Below, piece after piece: positions 62,518-64,000 of a stretch of DNA of 64,000 nucleotides (position 1 is its first letter; each line of letters opens with the position of its first letter). This stretch comes from Leptospira stimsonii. Its GTDB lineage: Bacteria > Spirochaetota > Leptospiria > Leptospirales > Leptospiraceae. Under the pieces are notes generated by a model, which was not told where the DNA came from, made no database searches, and saw only the letters and a list, made by a program, of their open reading frames with translations. A program made the translations under genes and the position numbers. Location: the NCBI RefSeq assembly GCF_003545875.1, contig NZ_QHCS01000001.1, positions 1,267,337 through 1,331,336 of the forward strand, given 5' to 3'.

Positions 62518-63068
62518 TTTTCCTTTGTGAAGTATGCAGAAAGTGTAAAAAACGAATGCTTATCGTCTACGGGTGAGATAACGTAAGTCAACGGTCCGTC
62601 CGACTTCCTTGCGATATCAATCAGTCCGACTCCGGCGCCTTTGCTATCGTCCGGCCTGTCCGAGCGCAACTGCTGTTGATAGTAAGTTTTCAGCTCGTCT
62701 CTCGACATAGAATTTATCTTCTCGCATTTTGCTTTTAGCGAATCGATTTTCTCGTTTAGTACAAGGTTCCCGGAAGAAACATTATAGCCAATCGATTTTT
62801 CATCGACCATAATGATACCGACTCCTCCTTCTCTTCCGTCTTCCTGAGCTCTTCTTTCCGCCGAATAGTGTAACATATTCTGTGCCAATTCGATAAAAAC
62901 GGCGAAGATTTTTTTGATTTTCGATTCCGTGCTCAAGGAAGTTCGGATCATTGACCCGAATTCGGTAAGGACTTCCTGCGAAAGTCGGCCCTTAAAGGAA
63001 ACAATTAATTGATAATCGCAGGCCTCTTTATAGTGCTTAAACAGGTCTACGGACTTGTTTTCCATCAT
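62514..63068 (-). CDS. SiaB/RsbW-like HATPase_c serine-threonine kinase (anti-sigma-factor-like)
   Basis: 'FIELAQNMLHYS' N-box-like (ExxxNxxxH). 184 aa. 'GAGVGLIDIAR' G-box-like. Confidence 0.7.
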   Translation of the reverse strand: MMENKSVDLFKHYKEACDYQLIVSFKGRLSQEVLTEFGSMIRTSLSTESKIKKIFAVFIELAQNMLHYSAERRAQEDGREGGVGIIMVDEKSIGYNVSSGNLVLNEKIDSLKAKCEKINSMSRDELKTYYQQQLRSDRPDDSKGAGVGLIDIARKSDGPLTYVISPVDDKHSFFTLSAYFTKEN

Positions 63069-63105
63069 TTCTTTTTAACATACTCCCTATAGTTTCGTGT
63101 ACAGC

Positions 63106-64000
63106 TCAGATCCGAAATCCGATCAAAGTTATGTCATCTCTTTGGGATTCTCCAGCTTGATGTCCGTCTAAAAAGGCCGCGAGTCTTTCTTTTTGTTCGT
63201 TGGCCGGCAAGGGAGAAACGCCGTGTAATTGGGCGATCATTCCTTTGCTGGCGATTCTTTGTCTTTGAGGATTCGGTTGATCCATGTATCCGTCCGTAGT
63301 AAGATAAAACATGGTGGGTTTTCCCTTATCCAGTTTTACTTCGTGGGTCGTATAGGTTCTTGAATCTTCTTTTTGTCTTCCACCGATCGAATGTCTGTCT
63401 CCTTTGATCTCTTCTATCTTACCGTCTCTGGAAAAGTAGAGAGGTCTCTTGGCGCCTGCAAAATAAACCTTATCCGTCTCGATTCTACAGAAGCAGATGT
63501 CCATTCCATCTACCGAGTTCGTATCTAAAGAATCTTGTTTTAAGGCTTGTCTCACATTCTTATTCAGATGTTCCAAAACCTTACCCGGATCTTTGATACC
63601 CGCTTCGTTTACGATTTGATTGAGCAATGTATTTCCGATCATTGACATTAAAGCGCCTGGGACCCCGTGTCCAGTACAATCGACTGCGGCTAGAAAAATA
63701 GATCCTTCTTTTTTACTGAACCAGTAGAAGTCTCCCGAGACGATATCCTTCGGTCTGAAGAGGACGAATTGTTCCTTTAGATTTTTTGCAAGAAGAGTTT
63801 CGGAAGGAAGAATCGCCTGTTGAATATTCAATGAATATGTGATACTGTCCGTGATGTGTTGGTTCTTTAATCCGAGGTCCGCGTTCGCCTGAGCCAACTC
63901 TCTCGTTCTTTCCCTTACTTTCTCTTCCATATTAGAATAGAGTAAAGCGTTATCGATGGAAATCGCCGCTTGCGAGGAAAGAATGTTCATGATCTGAAGT
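63106..64000 (-). CDS. PP2C/SpoIIE-family phosphatase (SiaA-like), N-terminus beyond window edge
   Basis: 'VSGDFYWF', 'AVDCTGHGVPGALMS', 'TTDGYMDQ' and 'DDITLIGFRI' PP2C motifs. The reading frame is still open at 64000, so the protein is truncated by the window. Confidence 0.75.
   Translation of the reverse strand, partial: LQIMNILSSQAAISIDNALLYSNMEEKVRERTRELAQANADLGLKNQHITDSITYSLNIQQAILPSETLLAKNLKEQFVLFRPKDIVSGDFYWFSKKEGSIFLAAVDCTGHGVPGALMSMIGNTLLNQIVNEAGIKDPGKVLEHLNKNVRQALKQDSLDTNSVDGMDICFCRIETDKVYFAGAKRPLYFSRDGKIEEIKGDRHSIGGRQKEDSRTYTTHEVKLDKGKPTMFYLTTDGYMDQPNPQRQRIASKGMIAQLHGVSPLPANEQKERLAAFLDGHQAGESQRDDITLIGFRI

Overview
Low-GC (~40%) bacterial chromosome segment. Gene content points to a Leptospira-like spirochete: Lcl/DUF1566 lipoproteins, many GAF/PP2C/cyclase signalling proteins, TPR/NHL lipoproteins, and LptFG-family permeases. 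Most of the window is housekeeping and signalling genes. These include thiolase, an RND pump with a TetR regulator, a LeuA-family synthase, MiaB, an LptF/G permease, MgsA, an HDAC/AcuC-like enzyme, enoyl-CoA hydratase, an MFS transporter, alpha/beta hydrolases, an EEP nuclease/phosphatase, and a VOC/glyoxalase enzyme.

Two regions stand out:

- **Accessory island, about 23.9-32.9 kb.** Two convergent GT-C-like polytopic membrane proteins are followed by an Rhs/YD-repeat polymorphic-toxin locus on the minus strand. The locus holds an N-terminally short Rhs gene (694 aa) with a DPxG core end and a C-terminal toxin tip, then an AT-rich immunity gene. Next comes an orphan rhs core-end, alternative toxin tip and immunity cassette, nearly identical to the main gene over about 640 bp but interrupted by a TGG-to-TAG change. 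About 265-bp repeats carrying a 12-bp perfect inverted repeat follow each immunity gene. The island is preceded by an SPFH/band-7 gene and abuts tRNA-derived fragments in permuted order, possibly an old att site.
- **SiaABC-like partner-switch module at the 3' end, 60.6-64.0 kb.** A PP2C/SpoIIE phosphatase (cut by the window edge), a SiaB-like HATPase kinase and a DUF1987 SiaC-like protein are translationally coupled. They sit next to a GAF-containing class III adenylyl cyclase instead of the usual diguanylate cyclase.

A short dispersed motif, rGAGTTCCCGCaAAAttc (GGGA-N2-TCCC core), occurs at least 10 times. It appears as inverted pairs (MITE-like), as tandem direct copies, and as single copies; nearly all are intergenic (the 5093 copy lies inside a coding region). 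No CRISPR array, rRNA or intact IS/integrase was seen.
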